This document shows, piece after piece, positions 41,948 to 52,299 of a stretch of DNA of 64,000 nt. Each line of letters begins with the position of its first letter. The stretch's first letter is position 1. The notes below the pieces were generated by a model. It did no database searches. It was not told where the DNA came from and worked only from the letters and a program-made list of their open reading frames with translations. Both the position numbers and the translations under genes were made by a program. This DNA comes from Paramoeba atlantica (lineage: Eukaryota > Protista > Discosea), in NCBI GenBank assembly GCA_977017575.1, contig CDRNVI010000002.1, positions 186,001 to 250,000 on the forward strand, given 5' to 3'.

Positions 41948-42316
41948 TCACGCCTCTCTGCTCAACAGTTCAATTTGCGTCTCTGCTGCTTTTCGCATAT
42001 CCATGAAAGCATCCATCTGTGCAGCTGCAATTTCCCTACGTGTCAATGTTTGTGTAAGACGCCGGTTCAATTCGTCCCATTTTGAGGCACAGAACTCCAA
42101 ACACTTCTTTTCTTTCTCGTCTTCTTTCAGACGATTCATTACATGTTTCTTCTGGCGTTCGTTGGTGTACAAATCACTTAAATCGACGCACTTGGAGAGA
42201 CAACTCTCAACTGGTGCATTGAGCATTGTATTTCGGAGGCGTACCTGGGACAACATTTGGTACGCAGTCATTGTGTTGCTTTCAAATGAGGTGGGAGGCG
42301 GCAAGGGCTGCATCAC
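41948..42316 (-). CDS. Small Tim chaperone (twin CX3C)
   Basis: CLSKC ... CLEFCASKW with a long inter-motif spacer. Confidence 0.75.
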   Translation of the reverse strand: MMQPLPPPTSFESNTMTAYQMLSQVRLRNTMLNAPVESCLSKCVDLSDLYTNERQKKHVMNRLKEDEKEKKCLEFCASKWDELNRRLTQTLTRREIAAAQMDAFMDMRKAAETQIELLSREA

Positions 42317-42451
42317 TTGAAAGAAGTTCGTAGAAAGTTAGTAAAAAGCACGAGATTTCAATAATGACAATAACCTATTCCAAAAGAACATTCCAAACTA
42401 CTCATTCCAAACTAGAAAATGTACCCATGGCAAAAACTTTGTGCAGTAAAA

Positions 42452-42916
42452 CTAAGTAAATGAGGCATGTAGCGTATTTAATAAAGTTCTTAAAATTTTT
42501 CTTTCCAGTAAAGTTAGCTGCTGAAAAGCGTCGTCAGAGTGCTTGGAATCAAGCGCAAAAAGAGCTATAATATATCTCCGAATCCGATTCATAGAAAATC
42601 TCGGGTTGTTTTTCAGCGTCAAAATTTCTCCGTTCCTCTTGTCTTCCGTGCTTACGGATTCTGCTTCACCGACATTATCTCGTTCCTCTTCTTTTCGAAT
42701 AGCCCGCTCACAAGCTTCCAGTAGTTCTGGAGTTGGTACCGGTACGTTTCCTGACGGAACATATCCCCTCGTCGCGTGTGAATCTCTATTCGATAGCGTG
42801 CTAAGTTGTTCATACAACATGTATTCCTCTAAAAGGGCCTCAGTCGTCAGAAACGCGGAAGCACACTCTAAGCCTTCTGGAAATTTCCAGTTCCGCAGGA
42901 AATTTGGGTCATCCAT
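42452..42916 (-). CDS. Hypothetical protein
   Basis: 154-aa ORF in cluster orientation filling the intergenic gap. Confidence 0.6.
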   Translation of the reverse strand: MDDPNFLRNWKFPEGLECASAFLTTEALLEEYMLYEQLSTLSNRDSHATRGYVPSGNVPVPTPELLEACERAIRKEEERDNVGEAESVSTEDKRNGEILTLKNNPRFSMNRIRRYIIALFALDSKHSDDAFQQLTLLERKILRTLLNTLHASFT

Positions 42917-43262
42917 GAATTGTTCTATGTCGGTTGAGGAAAAAGGTCAATGTTCACTTTTAAAAAGTATCTCACAAAGTATACCAGTTCTAGAACTATG
43001 AAAAGTGTACTAAACTTAAACTTAATGTTCGTAAATGCGGTTGTGATGGCTGAAGAATGTTCGTTTAAGATTGTACAATTTGTAATCTGAATTGCAAGTT
43101 AATTTCACTATTTAAAAGGTGGAAGCTCTATTTCTTCGATGCAGATGACCAAAGGTATGGTACTGAGTGACACCTTACAGTGTACTACACTGCCTTCACT
43201 GTATGATAGAATGAAAGGCGCTCGTACCAAACAGAGTACGTTTCCTTTTGTCATAATATCAG

Positions 43263-44663
43263 CTAGGGAACACCAAGAAGCATTTTCAAGACGAGATTTA
43301 GTCTTGTGCAACGTTGCGAGGATGTTGGCGTTCTGTCCCGTTTGCCATGCAAATACAACAACGTCTTAATTATAGAATCAATAAAAGGATTCGATGGTAC
43401 GTTTTCATTTGGCGATATGCCTTCATCTTCTATATCAAGTAGTTTGAGAATCGGAGCACGTCGTAACATCGTGTTACCAGTCGGCGTGTCAATATAAATC
43501 ATCTCTTTCGGAAGGGATGTCAAGCAAGCTGAAATAGAAATATCTTCAGGGAGTAAAACTGTACCCCCTTTGTGGCACATCTGCTCTTCTAACGCAGTGG
43601 TATCAGATGATTCGAGGCTAAACTTCACACTCTGTACCGAGGCCGGTGGAGTAGTAGCGTTCAAAGGGGGAATGACAGAGTTGTCTTTCTTATCCGTATC
43701 ATTCGAAGGAGGTGAATTGTTTTTAGGTTCCGAGGTTTCGTTGCTAACATAGAGTATTGGTCCGTCACACGTGGATTTTGCCACCCCAACGGGCCACACA
43801 TTGCGTTCCTCCAACGAGAGGCTATCGCTTCTTTTTAGGGGTGTCAAAAGAGGCCGCACCATTTGACATAGTGAATCATCATTTTCCTGGCGCAGAAAAG
43901 TATGACGAAGCAATTGAGCCGACGATGGACGCGAACTCGCTCTTGGGTGTAAACAACACCGCAGAAAACTTCGAAAGGAAACACTCCAGCGTTGTGGTCT
44001 GGAGAGTTTTGGCAGAGTCCCTGACCGAATCTCCATTAAAGCTCGAGGAGAGGGCATACGACTGTGAGGCGGAGAACCCTCTGCCATTTCAATCGCCGTG
44101 ATTCCCAAACTCCATATGTCAATTTTTTGGTCATATTTTCCCTCTCGCGCCATCTCGGGTGCCATCCAACACGTGGTGCCGGCGCACCAACTCGTCGGTG
44201 TACTGGTGTTTTGGATGGCGGAACCAAAATCTCCAAGTTTTATTCTGTAATCGCCCGTCAACAGAATATTACTACACTTTACATCTCGGTGTATGATGCC
44301 TTCGTTGTGCAAATAACACAGCGCACTTATTACAGCTTTGCAAATACTTGCAATTTCACATTCACTTAAGGTCCTCTGCAGGGAGCTCATGATTCGCTCT
44401 AAACTGCCATAGGCACAATATTCTGTGACGATCCATGTCGAATTTGTGTCTTGGAAGGAACCGTACCACTGCAATATATTTGGATGATGACAACGCTGAA
44501 GCAAACGCGCCTCTTGAAATTCCTGTAATCTGTTGTCATCAGTCTCTAGGTGGGGGAGGAGCTTAACTGCGTAAATGTTTCCGGTTTCCTTTTCCCGCAC
44601 TTTGCAAACCGTACAGGTTGCACCATTACCTAGAGTCTCAAGAATGATAAAAGTCTTGGTCAT
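43263..44663 (-). CDS. STE20-family Ser/Thr kinase
   Basis: LGNGATCTV, YAVK, TEYCAYGSL, HRDVKCSNILL, DFG, GTTCWMAPE and DIWSLGITAIEMAEGSPP. Confidence 0.92.
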   Translation of the reverse strand: MTKTFIILETLGNGATCTVCKVREKETGNIYAVKLLPHLETDDNRLQEFQEARLLQRCHHPNILQWYGSFQDTNSTWIVTEYCAYGSLERIMSSLQRTLSECEIASICKAVISALCYLHNEGIIHRDVKCSNILLTGDYRIKLGDFGSAIQNTSTPTSWCAGTTCWMAPEMAREGKYDQKIDIWSLGITAIEMAEGSPPHSRMPSPRALMEIRSGTLPKLSRPQRWSVSFRSFLRCCLHPRASSRPSSAQLLRHTFLRQENDDSLCQMVRPLLTPLKRSDSLSLEERNVWPVGVAKSTCDGPILYVSNETSEPKNNSPPSNDTDKKDNSVIPPLNATTPPASVQSVKFSLESSDTTALEEQMCHKGGTVLLPEDISISACLTSLPKEMIYIDTPTGNTMLRRAPILKLLDIEDEGISPNENVPSNPFIDSIIKTLLYLHGKRDRTPTSSQRCTRLNLVLKMLLGVP

Positions 44664-44808
44664 CCATCAAATACTGACATAACCCAACACTAAAAAATGC
44701 ACTTCTACCCAGTTTTGTTTTCAAAACCTTTACTCGTTCAGACATACAAAGTAAAAATACAAACCTGTCAAAAAATACAAAATTTGGTTCCGAACAAAAT
44801 GTCGTACA

Positions 44809-45426
44809 CTACGTATGTTCCTTATAACGCACTTTCAAAGGAAGGCCGTGTAGCACGGAGCCATCCAGCAGCTCACACGCTTTTTCGCAATCCCCAGGAC
44901 TCGAGTAGGTGACGTAGTACGTTGCTGGGCTCTTACCTAGAGGGTCAAACAAGTGATCGCGGTGAATACTACGTACCGCGCCCACGGTCTCACAACATTT
45001 TCGTAACTCATTAAAAGGCACATGTACCATTACATTCGTAATCCTTACGGTTGTTTCGGGTAAGATCTGGTAAGGGGGCAAAGCGCCCTGTTCGAGCTCA
45101 GTGAGTCGTTGATGCACGTCATTCGCCAAGGTGTTATAACTAGACAAAATCTCCTCGTGCGTGGCACGCACCTTTTTTAGATCCTCCTGGAGTTGTGTGG
45201 CTTTTTCCCGAATCTCGAGTGCGGTGCGTTGTTGCTGAAGAAGTGGGGACCAGGCTTCCTGTAGGAGTGTGTTGACACCTCTTACCCAGGAGGTGTGCTG
45301 AACTTTTTTGGTGTGTTTGTCGTTATGTGGTGTACTGGGCTTCCCTTCTCGTCTACAAATTCGAGATGCGAAAATCATAAAATCATGTATGTAACGAAAA
45401 ATGCGAAGTATGTAAATGCTTAACAT
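44809..45426 (-). CDS. Coiled-coil + RRM RNA-binding protein
   Basis: 'TVRITNV...ELRKCCETVGAVRSI...TYYVTYSSPGDCEKACELLDGSVLHGLPLKVRY' RRM. Start uncertain. Confidence 0.75.
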   Translation of the reverse strand: MLSIYILRIFRYIHDFMIFASRICRREGKPSTPHNDKHTKKVQHTSWVRGVNTLLQEAWSPLLQQQRTALEIREKATQLQEDLKKVRATHEEILSSYNTLANDVHQRLTELEQGALPPYQILPETTVRITNVMVHVPFNELRKCCETVGAVRSIHRDHLFDPLGKSPATYYVTYSSPGDCEKACELLDGSVLHGLPLKVRYKEHT

Positions 45427-45638
45427 ACGTTGGTAAGAAGCATTATATCACATCTTACTTCTATATAATACTGTATATGCGCTTCATCTTATCAAACTAC
45501 TTTTTTTACAAATTTGAATTTGGCAATCGATTTTTTATTAAGGATTATTCTTCCGTATAGAGGATGAGATAACTTTGGACATGTACTTTGAGGAATTGAA
45601 ATATTCAGAATTTAAATAAAAGTAGAAGACATGATCTC

Positions 45639-46124
45639 TCAAGTTTCAGCCTGTGAGAAAGGATTGTTCTCCGATCGATTAAATAAATTTTCTCTAAAAT
45701 ACTGACTCCTATCTTCGTGTTTCACTGCCTTGTAAATATCACGCAAGCTGCTAATTGCGTGAGCTACTAGTAGCTCTCGTTTGTTCCGTTTGATGTTGTT
45801 AAGGTGTGAAGGATTCATCTCCAAAACGTCCCCAGATAACAAGGGTCTTTTATTGATCGGTCGACGCGTTCGATCCTTTCTTCTCATTTTTTGAGATATT
45901 TCCACTTTAGTTTTCAGAGATAAATTCTCTAGCGTGGATCCGAACTGAAAACCTTCCTCAAGAGTTTTAACGTTGCTATCAATGTTTTCGGAAGATGGAA
46001 TAACGTAGTTTTCACTATTCTCACTGTTGCCACGACCTTGTTTACTTCGTCCCCGCTTCGTAATTTGCGATCGCTTGAGCCTTTCCTCTCGTGATAACTT
46101 CGCTTTGCGAGTACTCTTAACCAT
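45639..46124 (-). CDS. Hypothetical basic protein, possibly nucleolar
   Basis: 161 aa, K/R-rich, in cluster orientation. Confidence 0.6.
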   Translation of the reverse strand: MVKSTRKAKLSREERLKRSQITKRGRSKQGRGNSENSENYVIPSSENIDSNVKTLEEGFQFGSTLENLSLKTKVEISQKMRRKDRTRRPINKRPLLSGDVLEMNPSHLNNIKRNKRELLVAHAISSLRDIYKAVKHEDRSQYFRENLFNRSENNPFSQAET

Positions 46125-46430
46125 GTTTAAAAAAGATTCAGAAATTCTGAATCAGAATTCACGAAATAAATATTTAGTAGTTTTATAGATATTTAGTTTT
46201 ATAAATATTTAGATATTTAGATATTTATGATACTCCTTACTCCTAGTTGAATGAGAGGTCTACGCAGATGATAGATATTCATCAGATGTACAATAGGCTA
46301 TCAAATTAGAGACAACAAGCAATTTGTACCTTTCATCTAACAGTTCACATCATATCTTGTAGAAGATGGATGATGACATGTGTATCAAACTAAAAGTTAC
46401 GAAAAGTTCGTCCTTCAATCATCGAGTCTA

Positions 46431-48380
46431 TCAAGCAGATCGAGATCGAACAGTGTCCGACTTGAAGATAGAGCTTAATTGTTGGTTGCCATGAAAACCC
46501 ATGCTTTCAGCATTTTCACGTACTTCTGATAGGGGCGAAGCGGTGTATGTTTCATCTGCTGACGATTCACTTTCACTTTCAACAAGGTATTCTACAGCTT
46601 GTTTGAGCTGCCACGCTTTTGCCGAACTAAGATCCTCAACGTCGTTTTCAAGAAACGCTGCTATCTGCCCCGGAGTAACGTGAAATCGATCTTTACATTC
46701 TTGCAGCTTCTCCACTTTAAGTGTATTTGTGTCGGGTGATTGCGAAGTGAACGAGGTTGAAACAGATTCTGGGTCACCATTTTCTGTTGAGCCTGTGGAG
46801 TCATCAGAACATGAGCTGTTCCTGCTAAATAAACATTGATCTCGGTGGCATGCTGATGTGTCGTCGTTTTCACAGACCTCTAGAAACCAATCAAAGGTTT
46901 TCAACATGTCCTCTGCTGATAACCGAGCGGAAGGATCTATTTCCAGCATAGGGCGCAAAAACTGAGATATTTCAATCGATTTTTCGGAAGTGAAATTATA
47001 TTTTTCATATAACACATCCTCCAATGACCATAACTTCAAGTCAACAACATGCCGAAAACCACCGTAGCTCGTCAAGAATCGGTCTCGATACTTCCCGTTG
47101 CCACGTGCCATATGATTAGGAATGGGTCCTAGGGCTTCTACCATCTGGGCTAAATGATCTTCATCGCGGCTGTACTGCTTGGATTCCTTTGGGTCAAACA
47201 AAAAATCTCCTGTTATGAGTTCAAAGGCAAGGCAAGCTGCACTCCACAGATCCGTTGAGGTATCATAGTCGTACCCTAGGATAACTTCAGGACTCCGATA
47301 CTGCCGTGTCTGAATTTCATCACTGAACTTTTTATTCCTCCAACAAGCGTTTCCAAAGTCAGCCAAAGTAACCTGCTCCGTACGTCTCTGCTCCCAATCT
47401 GCGCTTACTTGAGTATCTCGTTTCTCATCCCTCTTTTCCGAGTCAACACAAGAGAGAGATTCCGTGGATCCATTCAGCCCGTTTGATGCGTACACAGGCG
47501 TAGAATGCTTCTCCGGTTTACTTTCCGGAATTTTCAGTTGCTTTACTTGTTCTGCCAATTTGTCAGCTTCGTCACTTCCTTGCGAGGGTTCTGCTGGTTG
47601 CCCGGGCTTTTTGACGTCCTTTTCGCGTCTCTTCAGCCTCTTCTTTTGCGACTTTGTAAGTAATTCTGGATTCTTTTCTGAGAGTCTGATGTCTTGAGCA
47701 CGATCAGGAGGTACATAGTTCTGCATGACTTGCTGAATTTTCAAAGTTGGTGCGGAAAGCAGTACATTTTCGGGTTTGAGGTCCGTATGAATGATGCCTA
47801 ATCTATGAATGTGCACCAGAGCCTGCAGAATCTGCTTCATTATCTTTTTCACATGAGACAAAGGTAACCCACGATAGTTATGCTTCTCAATCAAATGCAA
47901 AATATTTTCTCCCAGAACTTCAAAAATCATAATCACGTGCTTCCCGTTTGGGCCCCGATGCTCGAAGAAATCAAGCATGTGCGCACAATGTAAAGATTTC
48001 CATTCATCATGTGAGATACTATACCGTATTTGCTTCAATACTTCAATTTCGTCCATAGCTGCTTCTGTGTATTGTGCAGCGCTCTTCTGCACTTTCATAG
48101 CCGCAAATAATTCTGTATTGTAGTCCCACACAAGCCACACGGTAGAGAAATATCCCCATCCTAATTTCTGAATTACGCGATACCGGTTCCAGTAGAGCTC
48201 ACCTATGTGAACAGGATGATATCCCCCTTTTCGGTACTCTCGTTTCCGCTCCATTTCTGTATCGCTAAAATCTTCTTCGCTTTCACTAACATAATCATTT
48301 CTTTCTTTTTCCTTTTTTCTTCGGATCTGCATTTGTGGGTTCTGCGGCCCATTCTTTCGTCTTAAAAGTGCATGTCGCAT
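46431..48380 (-). CDS. SRPK: SR protein kinase
   Basis: YRKGGYHPV, KLGWGYFSTVWL, IIHTDLKPEN, a spacer insert, ADFGNACW, IQTRQYRSPE and DEDHLAQM. Confidence 0.95.
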   Translation of the reverse strand: MRHALLRRKNGPQNPQMQIRRKKEKERNDYVSESEEDFSDTEMERKREYRKGGYHPVHIGELYWNRYRVIQKLGWGYFSTVWLVWDYNTELFAAMKVQKSAAQYTEAAMDEIEVLKQIRYSISHDEWKSLHCAHMLDFFEHRGPNGKHVIMIFEVLGENILHLIEKHNYRGLPLSHVKKIMKQILQALVHIHRLGIIHTDLKPENVLLSAPTLKIQQVMQNYVPPDRAQDIRLSEKNPELLTKSQKKRLKRREKDVKKPGQPAEPSQGSDEADKLAEQVKQLKIPESKPEKHSTPVYASNGLNGSTESLSCVDSEKRDEKRDTQVSADWEQRRTEQVTLADFGNACWRNKKFSDEIQTRQYRSPEVILGYDYDTSTDLWSAACLAFELITGDFLFDPKESKQYSRDEDHLAQMVEALGPIPNHMARGNGKYRDRFLTSYGGFRHVVDLKLWSLEDVLYEKYNFTSEKSIEISQFLRPMLEIDPSARLSAEDMLKTFDWFLEVCENDDTSACHRDQCLFSRNSSCSDDSTGSTENGDPESVSTSFTSQSPDTNTLKVEKLQECKDRFHVTPGQIAAFLENDVEDLSSAKAWQLKQAVEYLVESESESSADETYTASPLSEVRENAESMGFHGNQQLSSIFKSDTVRSRSA

Positions 48381-48742
48381 GAAAGCAAGATAAAGTGTTC
48401 AATCTGAGCGGCTTAGCCAAATTCAGTCATAAAGTGCAAAATGAAAGTAATCCGCAAAAAATGGTTTGCAATATAGTAAGAATTGCGTGTTTAATGATAC
48501 TGAACTTTAATAAGTCAAAACTTGTTCCCTTCCCTGTATAAAAGTTTTCAGTATCAAAGATATGCTGCAATGAAATCATATGTCATGCGAACAAACTAAG
48601 CAAACATGTGAACGTCACGCACAAAAAAGAGCAAAATCAGCAAAATGTATCAGTACGTAGTTCCGTACTTCTCAGTCATCCTGCTGACCATTAGGATCTA
48701 ATACCCTTTTAAATAGAGAGTTCTGCCACTTCGTAATTTCTC

Positions 48743-49414
48743 TCACATAGCACCACCACGTTTTTCCTGACCCTCTGTCCACGCCTTGGCAATCATTTGT
48801 TTCATGCTATCATCCCCATCATTGTACATGTCCTTCATGAGTTTCATAATGCTATCCCCCGGATTGGCATCGTCATCCGTTTTGCTTTTCCCAACAGAGG
48901 GAAATCGAGATACCTTTTCTTTGAGTTCTGTCCAATGTCCTGAATCTGATTTTGGTAACGTGAGAACCACCGCACCCCCGTGTTTTATCCGATACGAGCA
49001 GGCATCCGCTTTCACCGACTTCTCCAACGGATAGAGCAGCAGTCGACAAGGCGTTCCCCTCACCTCAGCGGTAAACTCAGCCCGATTTCCCGAAGCCGCG
49101 AGCTGTGGATTAACGACACCCTCCGTGTCCTGAATCCCCGACAACGTGAAATAGACTTTGACGCTCTTGTCGGTTTGATCCCAAGAATATTGCGTGAGTT
49201 CTTTAACGGGTAGTTTGACTTTTACCGTGTCCGTGGTTGCCACAGCAATGGGGGAACTGGAAGGCAGGTCTGCGCCTTTAGCTGTTGTCATCGAGGTTAA
49301 CAAATTTTGCAACGCTGCTCGCACGTTGGGTCGTTGTGCATCCGAAATTAATCTCTGCAACTCGTTAATATCTTCTTGAGGAGTGATCATGGTGTAAATA
49401 AAGGATAAGATCAA
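48743..49414 (-). CDS. CACYBP: Calcyclin-binding protein / Siah-interacting protein
   Basis: N-terminal 'EDINELQRLISDAQRPNVR', CS domain 'YSWDQTDKSVKVY' and SGS domain 'IMKLMKDMYNDGDDSMKQMIAKAW'. Confidence 0.88.
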   Translation of the reverse strand: MILSFIYTMITPQEDINELQRLISDAQRPNVRAALQNLLTSMTTAKGADLPSSSPIAVATTDTVKVKLPVKELTQYSWDQTDKSVKVYFTLSGIQDTEGVVNPQLAASGNRAEFTAEVRGTPCRLLLYPLEKSVKADACSYRIKHGGAVVLTLPKSDSGHWTELKEKVSRFPSVGKSKTDDDANPGDSIMKLMKDMYNDGDDSMKQMIAKAWTEGQEKRGGAM

Positions 49415-49522
49415 TAGATCCTTGTAAGATGAAATAACGCAGAGATGAAATTGTGTGTGTCATGTAGAGTAATCACGTACAACTCATAATTCATCACATA
49501 GAAATAGTCTAGAACACATGGT

Positions 49523-50635
49523 TTACCGCTTCTTACCATTCTTTGGAAGCACCTGCAAAGATTTAATCTTGTCCTCCAATTGCGTTAGCTCTGGATCTGC
49601 ATTATCGCAGGCCGATCTTTGTTCACAAAAACCATTTGTTTCGTTCTTTGGAGGATTTCGTGATTTTTTGTGTTTTGCAGTCGAAGGTCGAATATTCTTG
49701 TGAGCCTTCCTTTCATGCGATTCTGATTTCTCCGAAGATGTCATGCGTCGTGCGCAACCAAAAAATCCAACCTGAGGTGCGCCGCTCTCTAAACACGTCG
49801 GTTCCTTCTCACATTCCAGGCTTTGTGCTGTCTCCTCTCTCTGATGTGACATTTCGACAAACTCCTCAACCCCTCCTTCCCCTTCCTCATATACAGCGGT
49901 GGCTAACACACAAAGCGAGGCATTGTTGCAGCTTTGAACCTTACTCTGTAACTCCCGGTAGCGAGAGGGTGGGAGTGTCATCGTCCACACAGATCCTGGT
50001 ATCGAATCTGTCGCATCGGATGAGGAGACCGTCGAGCTCTCCACTCGCAAAAATTCCATCGAATGTAAAACCTCTCCTATTCTTTGCGGTCCAGAGACAC
50101 GCACGCGCATATCTGCCCGTGCCAGCGGCAGCGGTTGGCTCTCCACAAGGGACTTCACGACATGTAAAATTTGTGGTTTCATCGCGGTGTGCAGACGGAC
50201 GGCGAATCCCGTATCCCGCATCACACGCTCCAGGACACTTTTTGAATAGCGCCGGCGGGTGCGGGGGTCCACGCAAAGCTCCGTGACGCCGGTGACGACT
50301 TGGGACCACGCTTTTTGGTACTCCGCCTCGCGTTCGAGCTCAGCCACTTGGATTTCCCCATGCTGGAGAATATGAGAAAGGACGGTGGCCTCATCTGTGG
50401 TGCCGAAACACTTGGAAAGCTCCGCGCTGGAGGCAAACTGTCCCGTGCTGACATTCGTGAAGACACGCTCCGTGACCACTACGTCGTGGAGGTTATGTTG
50501 GGGTCCGCTACGGTAGGCGAGTACGGTGTTTTTGTGACACGCAATTTCGAATCGCTTTCCTTTCTGACGCAAACGAACGATGGAGATACTGTTGTGCCTC
50601 CGTTGATTGAGAGGAGTAGTGATGCGAGCACTCAT
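49523..50635 (-). CDS. SBDS: Ribosome maturation factor SBDS/Sdo1
   Basis: 'TPLNQ...IVRLRQKGKRFEIACHKN', 'VFTNVSTGQFA', 'ILQHGEIQV', 'CVDPRTRR' and 'RADMRVRV'. Confidence 0.92.
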   Translation of the reverse strand: MSARITTPLNQRRHNSISIVRLRQKGKRFEIACHKNTVLAYRSGPQHNLHDVVVTERVFTNVSTGQFASSAELSKCFGTTDEATVLSHILQHGEIQVAELEREAEYQKAWSQVVTGVTELCVDPRTRRRYSKSVLERVMRDTGFAVRLHTAMKPQILHVVKSLVESQPLPLARADMRVRVSGPQRIGEVLHSMEFLRVESSTVSSSDATDSIPGSVWTMTLPPSRYRELQSKVQSCNNASLCVLATAVYEEGEGGVEEFVEMSHQREETAQSLECEKEPTCLESGAPQVGFFGCARRMTSSEKSESHERKAHKNIRPSTAKHKKSRNPPKNETNGFCEQRSACDNADPELTQLEDKIKSLQVLPKNGKKR

Positions 50636-50996
50636 TCGGAAATGTGGAAAAGGAAAAGGAATAGGAATGCTTGTTGTATGTATGCTTACCGCATGTAAGG
50701 AGGGTATAGTCAGCGAGGACAGCCCGTGTTAAATACAAAACTTTATTAGAAAAACATCATGTGAAAAAATATCCATCACTATCACTATTCCGATTAGAGC
50801 ATGTAATTTTTTCCTGGCACATGCAATACATGTGCGCTACATTGTATGTGGTTGATTTCTTTTTACTTTGTTCAATAACCTGCGTCATAAGAAAATGCAT
50901 GATTATCTGCCGATCTTTGACACTCAAAAGGTAACTGTCATGTATAAACTACATCCTAGTATACTCCTATATTCTTCACATGCTAGACATTAGATG

Positions 50997-51833
50997 TTAG
51001 TGTTGTGTACTATGTGCTCGTGGATGCAATGAGCCAAACACATCTCCTAGAATAAATGAGCCGTTGTGTGGCACGAACGATACATTTGGAGAGTTCACCA
51101 ATTCATTGGCAATCTCCTTGGCTGCTTCAATGCGTCGAAGCTCCACAAGACCATTACCAGCCTTTTGCATCGCATTGCTAATGAGTCGCGCTGCGCTAGA
51201 TTCACCCTCTGCTCGAATGACGGCAGCTCTTTTCTTTTGCTCGTTCTCTTGCACAACAAATTTAAAGCGTTCCGCCTCTTGCTGCGCGACTTGCTTTTGC
51301 TCCACAGCCATCATGAACTCCTTTCCGAAAGAGATATCCATCAGACTGATGTCGTCCAGAATAATGTTAAACTCGCGACTAGCTTTCTCGCTCATCCAGC
51401 TGCGAATACGTTCACTCACCTTTTCACGGTTCACAATAAGCTCCTCGGCATTATGTTCCGCAACCACAGCCTTCATGATTTCATTCCCAATGGAGGGCAG
51501 AATCTTTTCGTCGTAGTCGTGACCCAGCTCCCGGTAAATATCTGGAAGCTTCTCCACACAAGGGCGAAACAAAACGCGAAGGCGTATGTTCACCATCTGC
51601 AGGTCCTTCGTTCCCGTCATCGTGCTGATCACACGCGGCCGCAGGCGAATGTCAAACAGCTTGGGGACTTCCACCATGGGCATACGGAAATGGATGCCTT
51701 CTCCATAGGTACCGTCCTTGATACCTGAAAGCATGGAGTAGACCACCGCACACTCCCCGGGGTGCACAACGTAGGTGCACGTTCCAGCAGCCACGGCACC
51801 CAGCCCAAAGGCAACGGCTGTGCGCGCGAACAT
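50997..51833 (-). CDS. PHB1: Prohibitin 1
   Basis: TMTGTKDLQMVNIRLRVLFRP, LPSIGNEIMKAVVA and AVEQKQVAQQEAERF. Confidence 0.95.
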   Translation of the reverse strand: MFARTAVAFGLGAVAAGTCTYVVHPGECAVVYSMLSGIKDGTYGEGIHFRMPMVEVPKLFDIRLRPRVISTMTGTKDLQMVNIRLRVLFRPCVEKLPDIYRELGHDYDEKILPSIGNEIMKAVVAEHNAEELIVNREKVSERIRSWMSEKASREFNIILDDISLMDISFGKEFMMAVEQKQVAQQEAERFKFVVQENEQKKRAAVIRAEGESSAARLISNAMQKAGNGLVELRRIEAAKEIANELVNSPNVSFVPHNGSFILGDVFGSLHPRAHSTQH

Positions 51834-52299
51834 GGGTGAAATTAAAGGAAAGAAAAGAGAGAACGTTTTGAAAAGTGTGATTGCGTTCTAAGGTGACGAC
51901 ATAAAAAAACATGGATGGGTAGAGAGACATAGGGAAGCACACATAATTTTTATGTACAAGTGCTCTTAATTCTTTTTCAAACGTACACAAATCTATCTCA
52001 ATGAACACTTTATACTGCATCCACCCAACTCCGAACAATATTGTATCATTAGAAATAGGCATGAATTGCTCGTTCTTCTTAAGTGTCCCGATCGTCGCAG
52101 CTGTAGTGTGCTTTCCCACACGCCGGGGAAAAATATTATCAAATGGTTTCAACGGCGTTTTCTGTGGAATCCGAAGCCACGAATGAAAGGAAAGGTAAGG
52201 TAAACCTTGCATGGAAAAGGAGATGCTGAACTGAAATAGTTGCTGCTGTTTTACATCGTATTGTGTATGGCCAACATGCACCTCTATTCATTAGTATAT

